In this document: piece after piece, positions 27,845 through 39,961 of the stretch | How positions within the stretch are numbered: position 1 is the stretch's first letter | Layout of the letters: every line of letters starts with the position of its first letter | Assembly: GCA_018262835.1 (NCBI GenBank) | Contig: JADFDP010000004.1 | Coordinates: 9,808-73,807 of the forward strand | DNA: 64,000 bases | Direction of reading: 5' to 3' | DNA from: Candidatus Aminicenantes bacterium | Lineage (GTDB): Bacteria; Acidobacteriota; Aminicenantia; UBA2199 | Made by a program: the position numbers and the translations under genes | The notes under the pieces: model-generated | The model's database searches: none | What the model was told of the DNA's origin: nothing | Seen by the model: the letters and a program-made list of their open reading frames with translations, nothing else

Positions 27845-28687
27845 ATGAAAATATTAGTCGCCGAAGAGGCGGGATTTTGTTTTGGAGTAAAAAGAGCCTT
27901 GAAACTGATCAATGAATACCATCGCCAGGGGAAAAAGATTCAGACTTTCGGCCCCCTGATCCACAATGTCCCGGTTTTGAACGATTTGGCCGCAAAAGGC
28001 ATCGAGCACATCTCGGCGGTCGACAAAATCGCCAAGAGCAAGACCCTGTGCATCCGCACCCACGGTATTCCCCGCGACATCGAACTTGAACTGCAGCGGC
28101 AAGGCGTTTCCACCCTGGACGCCACCTGCCCGCTGGTCAAGAAGGGACAGAAGATCATCGAAGCGCTCGACCGGGCCGACAGCAAAATCCTGATCGTTGG
28201 CGACAAGCACCATCCCGAGATCGTCGCCGCCAGAAGCTATGCCGGGAAAGTGCAGATCATCAACTCCTTGGCGGCGGCCCGGGCCCTGCGCCGCTGCCGG
28301 GAGATCAGCGTGGTGGCGCAAACCACCCTGAACACCGAATTTTTTAAAGAGGTGGTCGCCATCCTGTTGGACAAAACCGAAAAGCTGCACGTCTTCAACA
28401 CCATCTGCCAGGCCACCCGGGACCGCCAGGAGGCCGTGAAAAAACTGGCGCCCAAAGTCGACGCCATCATCGTGGTCGGCAGCAAGATTTCATCCAATAC
28501 CAAAAAACTTTTCAATATCGCCAGGATAAAAAATAAAAATACCCTGCGGATCGAAACCTGCGCCGATCTGCAGAACAAAAGGATTCTGGCCAAGTTAAAG
28601 AAATTCAATTCCATCGGCATCAGCGCCGGGGCTTCCACATCGCCACAGGAGTTGGACAACGTAAAAAATTTCCTGCAGAAACTATAA
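27845..28687 (+). CDS. ispH: 4-hydroxy-3-methylbut-2-enyl diphosphate reductase
   Basis: MKILVAEEAGFCFGVKRAL, ...DATCPLVKK..., ...NTICQATRDRQ... (the three Fe-S Cys ligand contexts). Confidence 0.95.
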   Translation: MKILVAEEAGFCFGVKRALKLINEYHRQGKKIQTFGPLIHNVPVLNDLAAKGIEHISAVDKIAKSKTLCIRTHGIPRDIELELQRQGVSTLDATCPLVKKGQKIIEALDRADSKILIVGDKHHPEIVAARSYAGKVQIINSLAAARALRRCREISVVAQTTLNTEFFKEVVAILLDKTEKLHVFNTICQATRDRQEAVKKLAPKVDAIIVVGSKISSNTKKLFNIARIKNKNTLRIETCADLQNKRILAKLKKFNSIGISAGASTSPQELDNVKNFLQKL

Positions 28688-28705
28688 ACGCTAAGGAGAC
28701 ACAAC

Positions 28706-30415
28706 ATGTCAGACACCCATGACACCGCCGAGAACAACCCGGAAGATTTTTCCGAACTGGTGAAGAACTACGACCTGAAAAACCTCGCATCCAACGCCGC
28801 CATCGAAGGCCGCATCGTGGACATCGTCGAGAACCGCGTGGTCATCGATATCGGCCAGAAGACCGAAGGCATCCTGGACCGCCTGGAACTGCTGGACTGG
28901 GACGGGAACATGAAATATAAGATCGGCGACGCGATCTCGGTACTCCCCAAAAACGTCAATTTCAAGGAAGGCTACATCATCGTTTCCAAAAAGCAGCTCG
29001 ACGAACAGGAGGGCTGGGAAAATGTCTTCCGCGCCTATAAAAAGAACATCCCCCTGCTGGGCAAGATCACCAAATTGACCCCCGATGAAAAAGGTTTCAT
29101 GGTCGACATGGGGGTGGAGATGTTCCTGCCCATGAGCCAGGTGGATATCCAGAAAGTCAAGGCCCCGAAAAAAATGCTGGGCAAGGACTTCTGGTTCAAG
29201 GTCGTCAAGCTGAACAAAAAGGAAAAGAACGGCACGGTCTCGCGCCGCATCCTGCTCGAAGACGAAAAGCAGGAAAAGTTGAAAAACCTGCTGGGGTCGC
29301 TTGAGGTCGGACAAGTGGTCAAGGGCATGGTGACCTCGATTGTCGATTACGGGGCTTTCGTCGACCTGGGCGGCCTGGAAGGCCTGGTGCACAAGGACAA
29401 CATCTCTTACGGCCGCATCAACCATCCCAAGGAAAAACTGCGCAAAGGCGATGAAATCGAAGTCAAGGTGCTGGAGATCGACAAGGAGAAAGGAAAAATC
29501 TCATTGGGCATCAAGCAGAAATTTACCGATCCCTGGATCGGCATTGAGACCAAATATCCCATCGGCAAAAGGCTGATCGCCAAGGTGGTCAAGATCGTCA
29601 GTTTCGGCGCTTTTATCGAGCTCGAGGAGGGGGTCGAGGGACTGCTGCACATTTCCGACCTGACCTGGGACGGTCGGCCGACTTCGGTAGAGGAATACGT
29701 GGCCGTGGGAGACAAGTTGTGGGTGCAGGTGATCGAGATCAGCAAGGAAGACCGCAAGATCAAATTGGGCTTGAAGCAGCTGGAAATGCGCCCGGAGGAA
29801 AAATACCTGGAAAAACACTCGCGCGGGGAGATCGTCAAGGCCAAAGTGAAAAAGATTCTCAAATCGCGGGTATTCTTGGGATTGGAGGAAGGCGTCGAAG
29901 GCGTGGTAAAAATCTCGGATATCAGCTATTACCATATCGAATCCCCGGAAGAATACATGAAGGAAGGCGAAGAGATCGATGTCATGATCATCAGCAACGA
30001 ATTGGACCGCAATTACAAGGTCCAGCTGGGGATCAAGCATCTGTCGGAAAGCGAATGGAAAACGTTTTTTGCCAAACACAAGCCCGGCAACGCCATCGAG
30101 GTTACGGTCCGCAAGATCACCGATGGCGGCATCGCCGTGGAGATCACCCGCAACATCGAGGGCTTTATCCGCATCGGCGACATCGATGAAGAAAAGATCA
30201 CCGTGCAGGATCTGGAAAAGAAATACAAGCCCGGAGACAAGATTGAAGCCCTGATATCGCGGACCGAACTCGACCGCAAGAAGGTCTATCTCAGCCTGCG
30301 GGCACTGAACAAAGCCCGCGAGCGGGAAGAACTCCAAAAATACATGAAGGGCGGAGACGACCAGGTCACGACCATCGGCGACCTGCTGCAGAACGAACTG
30401 GACAAAAACAAATGA
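28706..30415 (+). CDS. rpsA: 30S ribosomal protein S1 (six S1 repeats)
   Basis: 569 aa with six S1 motifs (e.g. GMVTSIVDYGAFVDLGGLEGLVHKDNIS). It lies 18 nt after ispH, a commonly conserved pairing. Confidence 0.9.
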   Translation: MSDTHDTAENNPEDFSELVKNYDLKNLASNAAIEGRIVDIVENRVVIDIGQKTEGILDRLELLDWDGNMKYKIGDAISVLPKNVNFKEGYIIVSKKQLDEQEGWENVFRAYKKNIPLLGKITKLTPDEKGFMVDMGVEMFLPMSQVDIQKVKAPKKMLGKDFWFKVVKLNKKEKNGTVSRRILLEDEKQEKLKNLLGSLEVGQVVKGMVTSIVDYGAFVDLGGLEGLVHKDNISYGRINHPKEKLRKGDEIEVKVLEIDKEKGKISLGIKQKFTDPWIGIETKYPIGKRLIAKVVKIVSFGAFIELEEGVEGLLHISDLTWDGRPTSVEEYVAVGDKLWVQVIEISKEDRKIKLGLKQLEMRPEEKYLEKHSRGEIVKAKVKKILKSRVFLGLEEGVEGVVKISDISYYHIESPEEYMKEGEEIDVMIISNELDRNYKVQLGIKHLSESEWKTFFAKHKPGNAIEVTVRKITDGGIAVEITRNIEGFIRIGDIDEEKITVQDLEKKYKPGDKIEALISRTELDRKKVYLSLRALNKAREREELQKYMKGGDDQVTTIGDLLQNELDKNK

Positions 30416-30444
30416 CGGCTGGCCGGTCCGGGGGCGGGTGAAAA

Positions 30445-30927
30445 ATGATGAAATTTTTAGCGGCTCCCTGGCGATGGAGTTTTGTATCCGGCCTGAAAAA
30501 AGACGATTCCTGCGTGCTCTGCCGGGCATTGAATGAAAACGGCGTCCCTTCGCTGATCTGTCACCGCGGCGAAAAATTTTTTGTCATCCTGAACAAATAC
30601 CCATACAGTACGGGCCATTTAATGGTTGCTCCTTACTCCCATGTCGCGTCTCCCGCTGAAATGACAGACGCCGACCTGCTGGAAATGTGGCGGCTGACCC
30701 GGCGTTCCCTGTCCATTTTGCAGGAAAGCTTCCATCCCGACGGCTTCAATATTGGCATGAACATCGGCAAAACGGCCGGGGCCGGGGTCAGGGACCATTT
30801 TCACCAGCACATCGTCCCCCGTTGGCATGGTGACGCCAACTTCATGGCCACGGTCGGCGAAACCAAGGTGCTTTCCTATGACCTGGAGACCGTGTTCGCC
30901 GCCATCCGTTCCGCTTTCGCCAGATGA
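30445..30927 (+). CDS. HIT-family nucleotide hydrolase/transferase
   Basis: NKYPYSTGHLMVAPYSHV and the histidine triad DHFHQHIVPRW. Confidence 0.85.
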   Translation: MMKFLAAPWRWSFVSGLKKDDSCVLCRALNENGVPSLICHRGEKFFVILNKYPYSTGHLMVAPYSHVASPAEMTDADLLEMWRLTRRSLSILQESFHPDGFNIGMNIGKTAGAGVRDHFHQHIVPRWHGDANFMATVGETKVLSYDLETVFAAIRSAFAR

Positions 30928-30952
30928 ACACTTTAAAATCACCGGGGTACCT

Positions 30953-32181
30953 ATGAACGAGATCAAGGCTCCAAAAGGCACGCGCGACATTTTCGCTCCC
31001 GAGATCCATAAATGGCATTACCTGGAAAACGCCATCCACGCCTATTATAAAAAATTCCTCTACCAGGAGATCCGCACCCCGATATTCGAGCACAGCGAGC
31101 TGTTCAGTCGCGGCATCGGCAGCGAGACCGAGGTCGTGCAGAAGGAAATGTATACCTTCACCGACAAGTCGGACCGCAGCCTGACCCTGCGGCCCGAGAA
31201 TACCGCCTCGGTGGTGCGGGCCGCGATCGAGAACAATCTTTTCGAGAACCTGGTACCCCTGCGTTTCTACTACCTCGGGCCCATGTTTCGCTACGACAAG
31301 CCGCAGAAAGGCCGCTACCGCCAGTTCCAGCAGTTCGGCGTCGAGGTCTTTGCCGACGATTCGCCCCAGGTCGACGCCGAGGTCATATTCTCGGCCGTGG
31401 ATTTCCTGAAAAAACTCGAAATCGAATCCGTCCAGCTGGACCTGAATTCCGTCGGCTGTCCGCAGTGCCGCCCGGCTTACCTGGAAGTCCTGAAAAAAGC
31501 AGCCCGCGCCGAAGAGAGCAAGCTGTGCGCCGACTGCCGGCGCAAGATCGACGGTAACCCGCTGCGCATCTTCGACTGCAAGCAGCCCGCCTGCGCCGAG
31601 GCCGCCGGCCGCTTTCCCGTTATCGGCGACCATCTTTGCGCGGAATGCCGCGAGCACTTCGTCGCCGTGCGCGAAGCCTTGAGCTGGATGAATGTCCCCT
31701 TCGTGCTCAATCCACGCCTGGTGCGCGGACTGGATTACTATACCAAGACCGCTTTCGAGGTCACTTCCGGCCAGCTCGGCGCCCAGAACGCACTGCTGGG
31801 AGGCGGCCGTTACAACAACCTGATCAAGGAGCTGGGCGGCCCCGACATGGCCGGCATCGGCTTCGCCGCCGGCATGGAGCGCATCATCTTGCACCTCGAG
31901 CACCTGGAATTGCCCGGGCGCAAGATCCTTTTCGTGGCCTACGGCGACCCGCAATGGCTGGCCCACGCCGTACAGCTGGCCGAGGTCCTGCGCGAAGAGG
32001 GCTATCCGGTCTACCTCGACTACCAGGGCAAGAACCTGAAAAAACAATTCAAGAAGGCCGACCGGGTCGCCGCGGCATTCACCCTGCTCCTGGCCGAGGA
32101 CGAGATCCGCAGCAGCTCGGTCTCGGTGAAGAACATGGCCACCCAGGAACAGATCAAAATCCCCCTCAAGGACCTAAACGC

Positions 32182-32203
<22 letters not shown>
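30953..32203 (+). CDS. hisS: histidine--tRNA ligase
   Basis: ORF 30827..32203, trimmed to MNEIKAPKGTRDIF. LRPENTASVVRA, FRYDKPQKGRYRQFQQFGVE and GGGRYNNL class-II motifs. Confidence 0.95.
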
Positions 32204-33927
<1,724 letters not shown>

Positions 33928-33941
33928 TCCCGGAGGTCTTC

Positions 33942-35300
33942 ATGAATTCGCCTGAGAGCAAACCCGCACGCTTTCCCGCCACTTTCTGGACGGCCAATAC
34001 CATCGAGCTGTTCGAACGCGGCGCCTATTATGCCATGGCCTCGTTCGTGGTCATTTACCTGACGGAAAATCTGGGCATGAGCCCGACCTTCGCCACCTTT
34101 CTCAACGGCTCGCTCCTCTGGGGGCTGATCTATTTCCTGCCCATCGTCAGCGGCACCCTGGCCGACAAGTACGGCTTCAAACGCTCCCTTGTCGCCGCCT
34201 TCGTCATGCTCGCGCTGGGCTACCTGGTCATGGGCAACGTGCAGCGCTTCTGGCCGGCCGGAAGCAATTTCACCATCCCGATCCTGCTGGGCATCGTGCT
34301 CATCGGCCTGGGAGGCTCGATCGTCAAGCCCTGCATCGCCGGTACGGTGCAGAAGACATCGGGGCTGCGCGCCACGCTGGGCTTCGGCATCTTTTACATG
34401 GTCATCAACATCGGCTCGATCAGCGGCCGCGGCGTCTCCTATTTCGTGCGCAGCCAGATGGGCATTCCGGCCATCTTTTTCCCCGTGGCCTTCGCTTTCG
34501 CCGTTGTCGGCCTGTTGATCGTGTTCTTTGTCTACCGCGAACCGGAATATGTCCCGGACGGGAAAAAAGACGGCCAGGTTGCGGCCAAAAAAACGCTGAG
34601 CCAGGCGCTGCTGGGCATTGTCACCGTCCTGCGCAATTGGAAGTTCGTCTTTTTCCTGGTGGTCATCGGCATGTTTTGGATCCTGTATGTCCAGTTGTAC
34701 AACCTCATGCCCTTGTTCCTGCGTTGGGTCGACCCCGAAGCTCCGATGGAGCTCTATACCCTGGTCAACCCGATCATGATCGTCTCGCTGCAGCTGCTCA
34801 TCACCCGCCTGGCCAAGAGATGGACACCGGTACGTTCGATCATTCTCGGTGTCCTGGTCACCACCATCGGTATGCTCGTGAATGTCCTGGCCCCCGTTCT
34901 TTTTGCTGACATCTCGCTGAAGGTCTCCCTGCTGCGTTTCGGCAGTTTCCAGGTCCTGCTGCCCATCGCCGGCATCTTCCTGATCATATCCATCGCCTCC
35001 ATGGCCCTGGGCGAGATGTTCGCCTCGCCGCGCATCTACGAGTACATCGGCGCCATCGCCCCCAAGGGTCAGGAAGGGCTCTACCTGGGCTACGCCAACC
35101 TGCCCGTGGCGCTGGGTTCGATCGTTGGCGCGCCCCTGGGCGGCCGCCTGTTCGAGACCTTCATCTCCAACCCGGTGGCCAAGGGCCAGCCGGCCAATCC
35201 ATCTGCCATCTGGCTGATCGTGGCCGGCATGGGGGTGCTCTCCATGATCGGCCTGGCGCTGTACGACAAGCTCCTTCTGCATAAAAAAGAAAACAACTAA
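33942..35300 (+). CDS. proton-dependent oligopeptide transporter (POT/PTR2, MFS)
   Basis: The ExxERxxYY motif appears as IELFERGAYYAM. 12-14 TM segments. Confidence 0.82.
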   Translation: MNSPESKPARFPATFWTANTIELFERGAYYAMASFVVIYLTENLGMSPTFATFLNGSLLWGLIYFLPIVSGTLADKYGFKRSLVAAFVMLALGYLVMGNVQRFWPAGSNFTIPILLGIVLIGLGGSIVKPCIAGTVQKTSGLRATLGFGIFYMVINIGSISGRGVSYFVRSQMGIPAIFFPVAFAFAVVGLLIVFFVYREPEYVPDGKKDGQVAAKKTLSQALLGIVTVLRNWKFVFFLVVIGMFWILYVQLYNLMPLFLRWVDPEAPMELYTLVNPIMIVSLQLLITRLAKRWTPVRSIILGVLVTTIGMLVNVLAPVLFADISLKVSLLRFGSFQVLLPIAGIFLIISIASMALGEMFASPRIYEYIGAIAPKGQEGLYLGYANLPVALGSIVGAPLGGRLFETFISNPVAKGQPANPSAIWLIVAGMGVLSMIGLALYDKLLLHKKENN

Positions 35301-35600
35301 ACAAGAAGCAGGCAAGTCTATACTGAGGGAACGTATGGTTCGGGCGTGGGCACCCGCTTTGGCGATCCCCATGGAACCGCCTTTTCACGCCAATGATGAA
35401 TCCCGCAAAAACAGTTCCGTGATTTCTCCATGAGTGGCCCGTTTTTTATTTAACAATAAAGTTACTCGCCTTTCAACCGGATTCTATTCGCAACATCTGA
35501 TAAATATGCTATGATTTCATTTTGTTTTTAAGATAAGGGCAGCAAACCTTATTCGTTCCATCAATAGATGAAGCCAGGCTGGAGGCAAAAAGGAGGTTTT

Positions 35601-37346
35601 ATGAAAAAGACAATCGGATTTTTCGCAATTTTCCTGTTTCTGTTTTCCCTGGGACATTTCTGTTTTACCCAGGAAGAACTTTTAGAAAAACCCGGGCTGG
35701 CCCCTTTGAATCCGGAGTTCTTGAAATATCAGGCCCTGATCAAGGCCGGAAAGGCACAACGGTATTCCGATGACTGGCATCCGCTGGGTCGTGTCCCGGC
35801 CCCGGTAAACCTTTCCCATGTCAGGGGAGATGTGAACCGGAACCTGGCCGCGAGTTACCCCGCATCGTATGACCTGCGTTCCTACAACAAGGTCACGGAT
35901 GTGCGCGACCAGGGATCATGCGGCTCCTGCTGGGCATTCTCGGCCATGGCGTCCCTGGAATCGGTGCTGAAACCAGACGATACCCGGGATTTTTCCGAAC
36001 AGCACCTGAATTCCCGGCACGGGTTTGATTATGCCGAATGTGAGGGCGGCCACAGCTGGATGTCGGCGGCATACCTGGCCCGCTGGGACGGGCCGATCAA
36101 CGAAAGCGACCTGGCCTACCCCTATGCCACTTCCGCCGCTTTCTCCACTGCCGCCGCAGACTATACGACGCAAAAACATGTGCAGCAGATCGTTTTTCTG
36201 CCCGAGCGGGCGAATTCTCAGGATAACAACCTCATCAAGCATTACCTGACCACTGTCGGCGCCGTCGAAGTTTCCTTCTACTACCAAAACAGCAGCTACA
36301 ACGTCAGCCAACAAAGCTACTATTACGACGGCAGCAATAATGACGAGACCAACCACATGGTTGCCATTGTCGGTTGGGATGATGCTTATGCCGCCGGCAA
36401 TTTTTCATCGACACCTCCGGGCAACGGGGCATTCATCGCCAAGAACAGTTGGGGGCTCGATTGGGGCAAAGACGGTTATTTTTACATTTCTTATTACGAT
36501 GCCTCGTTGAGTTATTTTGTCAGCTATGCCAGCCCGGAAGCGAACGGCAACTATCAGCACAATTACCAATACGATCCATTGGGTTGGGTAGGCGATTGGG
36601 GCTGGGAAGATACGGTCGGCTGGGGAGCGAACATTTTCGCCGCCCAGAGCAATCTGCCCCTGCGCGCCGTCGGCTTTTACACCACGGATGTCAATGTTAA
36701 TTATAAAATCCATGTCTATACCGGAGTCACGGCCAATAATCCCTGCAGCGGCACCTTGAGGTACACGCTGAATGGCAGCAAGCCTTATCCAGGTTTTTAT
36801 ACCGAAACATTGACCCGGGCGGTGCCATTGACCATCGGCGAACGTTTTTCCGTGGTCATCAAGTTCACCAACAAAAAATGGGGTTACCCGATTGCGATCG
36901 AATACTCCGCAAATGGCTATTCATCGGCGGCTACCGCCCATAACGGCGAGAGCTTCTGCAGCCACACTGGAAATGCCTGGGAAGACCTGAACAAGGACCC
37001 GGGAACCGACAACGGTAATGTCTGCATCAAGGCTTATGCTGCCGCTGACCCCATCCAAGCACCGCTTAACCTGAGCGGCATGAAGGTCCTGAACCGTTCG
37101 TTCTCGCAAGCCGAATATATCAATGTCCTCTCCTGGGACGCCAATCCGGAAAACAGCGGCCTGGGCATCGTTGGCTATAGGATCTACGAGAAAAGCGGCG
37201 GTATTTTGACCTTGCTGGAGGAAGTAACGGCTGAGCAAACGGAATACAGCCACCGCATGGCGGGAACGACTGCCCGGACATACGTTGTCGTTGCGGTCGC
37301 CAGCGACGACCGGGAAGGCCTTCCGGCCTCGATCACGGTCGAATGA
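35601..37346 (+). CDS. secreted papain-family (C1) cysteine peptidase with C-terminal Fn3-like domain
   Basis: ORF 35568..37346, trimmed to MKKTIGFF (AAAGGAGG upstream). Catalytic DQGSCGSCWAF (Cys), NHMVAIVGWDD (His), AKNSWGLDWGKDGYFYISY (Asn). The C-terminal ~90 aa has a beta-sandwich-like pattern. Confidence 0.85.
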   Translation: MKKTIGFFAIFLFLFSLGHFCFTQEELLEKPGLAPLNPEFLKYQALIKAGKAQRYSDDWHPLGRVPAPVNLSHVRGDVNRNLAASYPASYDLRSYNKVTDVRDQGSCGSCWAFSAMASLESVLKPDDTRDFSEQHLNSRHGFDYAECEGGHSWMSAAYLARWDGPINESDLAYPYATSAAFSTAAADYTTQKHVQQIVFLPERANSQDNNLIKHYLTTVGAVEVSFYYQNSSYNVSQQSYYYDGSNNDETNHMVAIVGWDDAYAAGNFSSTPPGNGAFIAKNSWGLDWGKDGYFYISYYDASLSYFVSYASPEANGNYQHNYQYDPLGWVGDWGWEDTVGWGANIFAAQSNLPLRAVGFYTTDVNVNYKIHVYTGVTANNPCSGTLRYTLNGSKPYPGFYTETLTRAVPLTIGERFSVVIKFTNKKWGYPIAIEYSANGYSSAATAHNGESFCSHTGNAWEDLNKDPGTDNGNVCIKAYAAADPIQAPLNLSGMKVLNRSFSQAEYINVLSWDANPENSGLGIVGYRIYEKSGGILTLLEEVTAEQTEYSHRMAGTTARTYVVVAVASDDREGLPASITVE

Positions 37347-37361
37347 CAAGGAGGAGCACAC

Positions 37362-37943
37362 ATGCGCAAGATGATTGGAATTGTTCTTACTTCACTGTTG
37401 TTGTTTGCATCGGTTCAGGGTGTGACGTCGGCGTCCGCATCCGCCAAAACAGGCAAACCTTCCTTGATGATGCTGCTGCTGCGGGCCGGCTATTTCGTTC
37501 CTTCTGAAAAAGATTTCAGAAAGATTTATGGAAGCGGACCCGCGTTCGGCACCGAGCTGCGGTTGGGCCGGAAACGTCTCGCTGCCTGGCTGGAAGGCAG
37601 TTATTTCGGACGTTCGGGTGAGCTTTCAAAAACGGCCGAGGCAACGAAAGTAAAAATCATGGCTCTGGAAGGCGGGGCGCTGTGGCGGATCAAAACCGGG
37701 AAAATGACACCCTACATCGGGGCCGGCGCCGGCTATTTCCAGTACAAGGAAACGAACATCATCGGCGAGGCCAAACAGGGCAAGGTCGGTTTCTGCGGGA
37801 TTGCCGGCGCGACCCTGACGCTGGCCAGGCGGCTGATTTTTGACTGCCGCCTGAAGTATAGCCTGTGCAACATGCAGCCGGCCGATTTCAAGATCAACAT
37901 CGGGGGCTTGACCGCGGGAGTCGGCCTGGGCATCCGCTTTTAG
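37362..37943 (+). CDS. small outer-membrane beta-barrel protein (hypothetical)
   Basis: Signal peptide ...QGVTSASASA. Alternating pattern and a C-terminal GVGLGIRF (terminal Phe). It lies 15 nt after the peptidase gene. Confidence 0.6.
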   Translation: MRKMIGIVLTSLLLFASVQGVTSASASAKTGKPSLMMLLLRAGYFVPSEKDFRKIYGSGPAFGTELRLGRKRLAAWLEGSYFGRSGELSKTAEATKVKIMALEGGALWRIKTGKMTPYIGAGAGYFQYKETNIIGEAKQGKVGFCGIAGATLTLARRLIFDCRLKYSLCNMQPADFKINIGGLTAGVGLGIRF

Positions 37944-38110
37944 ACCCCGCATTCCCAAATTCCCGATCGAGGCCAATCTCAGTCGAGTTTTGTTTTTATT
38001 GTTCCTAGCACCGCTATTACTACCGCCATTTTTCCCTTGACTTTTCCACTCCCCTTTGTCAAAATCTGGCTTTACTTTGGCGGAACAGCAAAAGTAAGGG
38101 AGCGATTAAG

Positions 38111-38347
38111 ATGAAGATCGGAGTCTGCGGCATCGCCTGCGAAAAATGCCCGCGCCTGGTCGCTAAAACTTGCCCGAATTATCCCGAGGGCTGCATTGCC
38201 AAGGAAAACAAATTCTGCCTCATTGCCACCTGCGCTTTTAAAAAGGGGATCCACCTGTGCTTTGAGTGCGCGGCATTCCCCTGCGAAACCTCGAAGGCCG
38301 GGCCAATCGCCTTCGGCTACTGCCAGTACATTTCCGGGAAAAGCTGA
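38111..38347 (+). CDS. Cys-rich DUF3795-like protein
   Basis: 78 aa. CGIACEKCP...C...C...CFECAAFPC pattern. AGGGAG precedes the ATG. Confidence 0.6.
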   Translation: MKIGVCGIACEKCPRLVAKTCPNYPEGCIAKENKFCLIATCAFKKGIHLCFECAAFPCETSKAGPIAFGYCQYISGKS

Positions 38348-38385
38348 CGGCAGGCCCCCGCTGCCAAAAAAACCATGAGGTTGAG

Positions 38386-39261
38386 ATGAAAAAAATCACA
38401 TTTTATATCGTTGATGTTTTCGCTGAAAAGAAATATGCCGGCAACCAGCTCGCGGTTTTTCGCGAAGCCGGAGATCTCAGCGGCGACGAAATGCAGCAAC
38501 TCGCCCGCGAAACCAATTTTTCCGAAACCACCTTTATTCTGCAAGACGGACAGCGCGACGGCGGCTACGACGTGCGCATCTTCACGCCTGCGGAAGAGGT
38601 CCCGTTCGCCGGTCATCCGACCTTGGGGACTGCCCATGTCATCCGCAGCGAGATACTTAAAGGCCGCGCCGCGGCGCTGTCCCTGAATTTGAAAGTCGGA
38701 AAGATTTCGGTCACTTTCGGCCGGGACGGCTATAACTGGATGAAGCAGATCGAACCTGAGTTTGGGAAGCCGCACCCGGCAAAAGCTATGGCCGCCATCC
38801 TCGGTTTGCCGGTTTCCGATATCGACGGCCGTTTTCCGGTCCAGGAAGTTTCAACCGGATTGCCCTTTTTCATCGTGCCCCTAAAGACCCTGGCCTCCCT
38901 GAAAGCCGCAAAAGTCGACCGGAACAAATATTTTGCGTTCATCAAAGATACTTGGGCCAAAGGGATCCTGGTTTTCTGTCCACAAGCACATGAGGCACCG
39001 AACGACATCAGCGTGCGGGTGTTCGTCGATTATTTCGGCGTTCCTGAAGACCCGGCCACAGGCAGCGGCAACGGCTGCCTGGCCGGCTACCTGGTCAAGC
39101 ACCGCTATTTCGGCCAGGACCGCATCGACATCCGCAGCGAGCAGGGCTTCGAGATCGGCAGGCCGTCGCTGCTGCTCCTGAAAGCAGAACAGGATGGCGA
39201 AAGGATCAGCATTTCCGTCGGCGGCAAGGCCGTGATCGTCGCCAGGGGCGAATTGGTTTGA
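38386..39261 (+). CDS. PhzF-family isomerase
   Basis: ORF 38266..39261, trimmed to MKKITFYIVDVFAEKKYAGNQLAVF. ETTF and GHPTLGTA motifs. Confidence 0.85.
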   Translation: MKKITFYIVDVFAEKKYAGNQLAVFREAGDLSGDEMQQLARETNFSETTFILQDGQRDGGYDVRIFTPAEEVPFAGHPTLGTAHVIRSEILKGRAAALSLNLKVGKISVTFGRDGYNWMKQIEPEFGKPHPAKAMAAILGLPVSDIDGRFPVQEVSTGLPFFIVPLKTLASLKAAKVDRNKYFAFIKDTWAKGILVFCPQAHEAPNDISVRVFVDYFGVPEDPATGSGNGCLAGYLVKHRYFGQDRIDIRSEQGFEIGRPSLLLLKAEQDGERISISVGGKAVIVARGELV

Positions 39262-39297
39262 TCGCCCCGCCGTGCAAAAAAATATTAAGGGTGCACC

Positions 39298-39852
39298 ATG
39301 AAAGTTAAAATTTCCGCCGTGTTCGTATCGATCCTTTTTCTGCTTTTCCACCCTGCCCGCGCGGAGAATAAAGAGCCATTGGGTATTTGGCTGGACAGCT
39401 CATCCATGTCACCTTTGAAATTGCCGGCCTCGGGCGGCATCCCCGACATCCTTGACCGTTTCGAATATCCCGCCGATGCTGTTCCTCATGCATTCCAGAA
39501 GGATTTAAACGGCGACGGCAAGAAAGAATTTTTGATCGCGGCGTCCGCCGGGCAATGCGGAACGGGAGGCTGCCCCTACGCCATGGTCGACGGGAGATCC
39601 CTGAGACGCATTGGCGATTTTTTCGGATCGCCCATCCTGGTTGCGGACCAGAAGATCAACGGCTATCCGGTCATACAAACCTACTCCCATGCCAGCGCGG
39701 GCAGCGGAACCTTCACCACATATGTCCATGACGGAAAAGAATACCGAACGGTTTCAGCCGTATTCCTGGCGGGGGAATCCGTGGATGAGCTTTTCAAGAA
39801 TTTTGCCGGCTATAAAAAAATCCTTGCCCAAAAAAATGGCAAGGACAAATGA
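39298..39852 (+). CDS. hypothetical secreted protein
   Basis: Signal peptide ...FHPARA/ENK. DLNGDGKKEFLIA...CGTGGCPY. I recognise no family. Confidence 0.55.
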   Translation: MKVKISAVFVSILFLLFHPARAENKEPLGIWLDSSSMSPLKLPASGGIPDILDRFEYPADAVPHAFQKDLNGDGKKEFLIAASAGQCGTGGCPYAMVDGRSLRRIGDFFGSPILVADQKINGYPVIQTYSHASAGSGTFTTYVHDGKEYRTVSAVFLAGESVDELFKNFAGYKKILAQKNGKDK

Positions 39853-39961
39853 CCTACTCTTCCAGTTCAGCCCTAAGTATCTTTGGCATCAATATACCCG
39901 GGCATTCCTTGGGCGTGGAATAATGAAACCTGACCATGCGGAACGGACGGCTGGAAACGAA

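Noticed and set aside
27845-30415. ispH-rpsA adjacency and the secA/guaB (16893-16896) and hisS/aspS overlaps as something novel
   Set aside because: ispH-rpsA linkage (even fusion) is a well-known conserved arrangement. ATGA-type start/stop overlaps are ordinary translational coupling.
31636-32181. 5' extension of the aspS ORF (763 aa in the track) overlapping most of hisS in another frame
   Set aside because: The extension is Arg/Pro/Gly-rich and has no AspRS similarity. AspRS homology begins at MAERKLLKRETYCG (ATG 32182).
35535-35600. GGGCAGCAAACC...GAUGAAGCCAGGCUGG upstream of the C1 peptidase, superficially like a c-di-GMP-I (GEMM) riboswitch core
   Set aside because: The segment folds as a simple GATAAGG/CCTTATT hairpin. 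The P2/P3 helices, GNRA tetraloop and receptor, and the ACGCAAAGCC motif of GEMM-I are absent.
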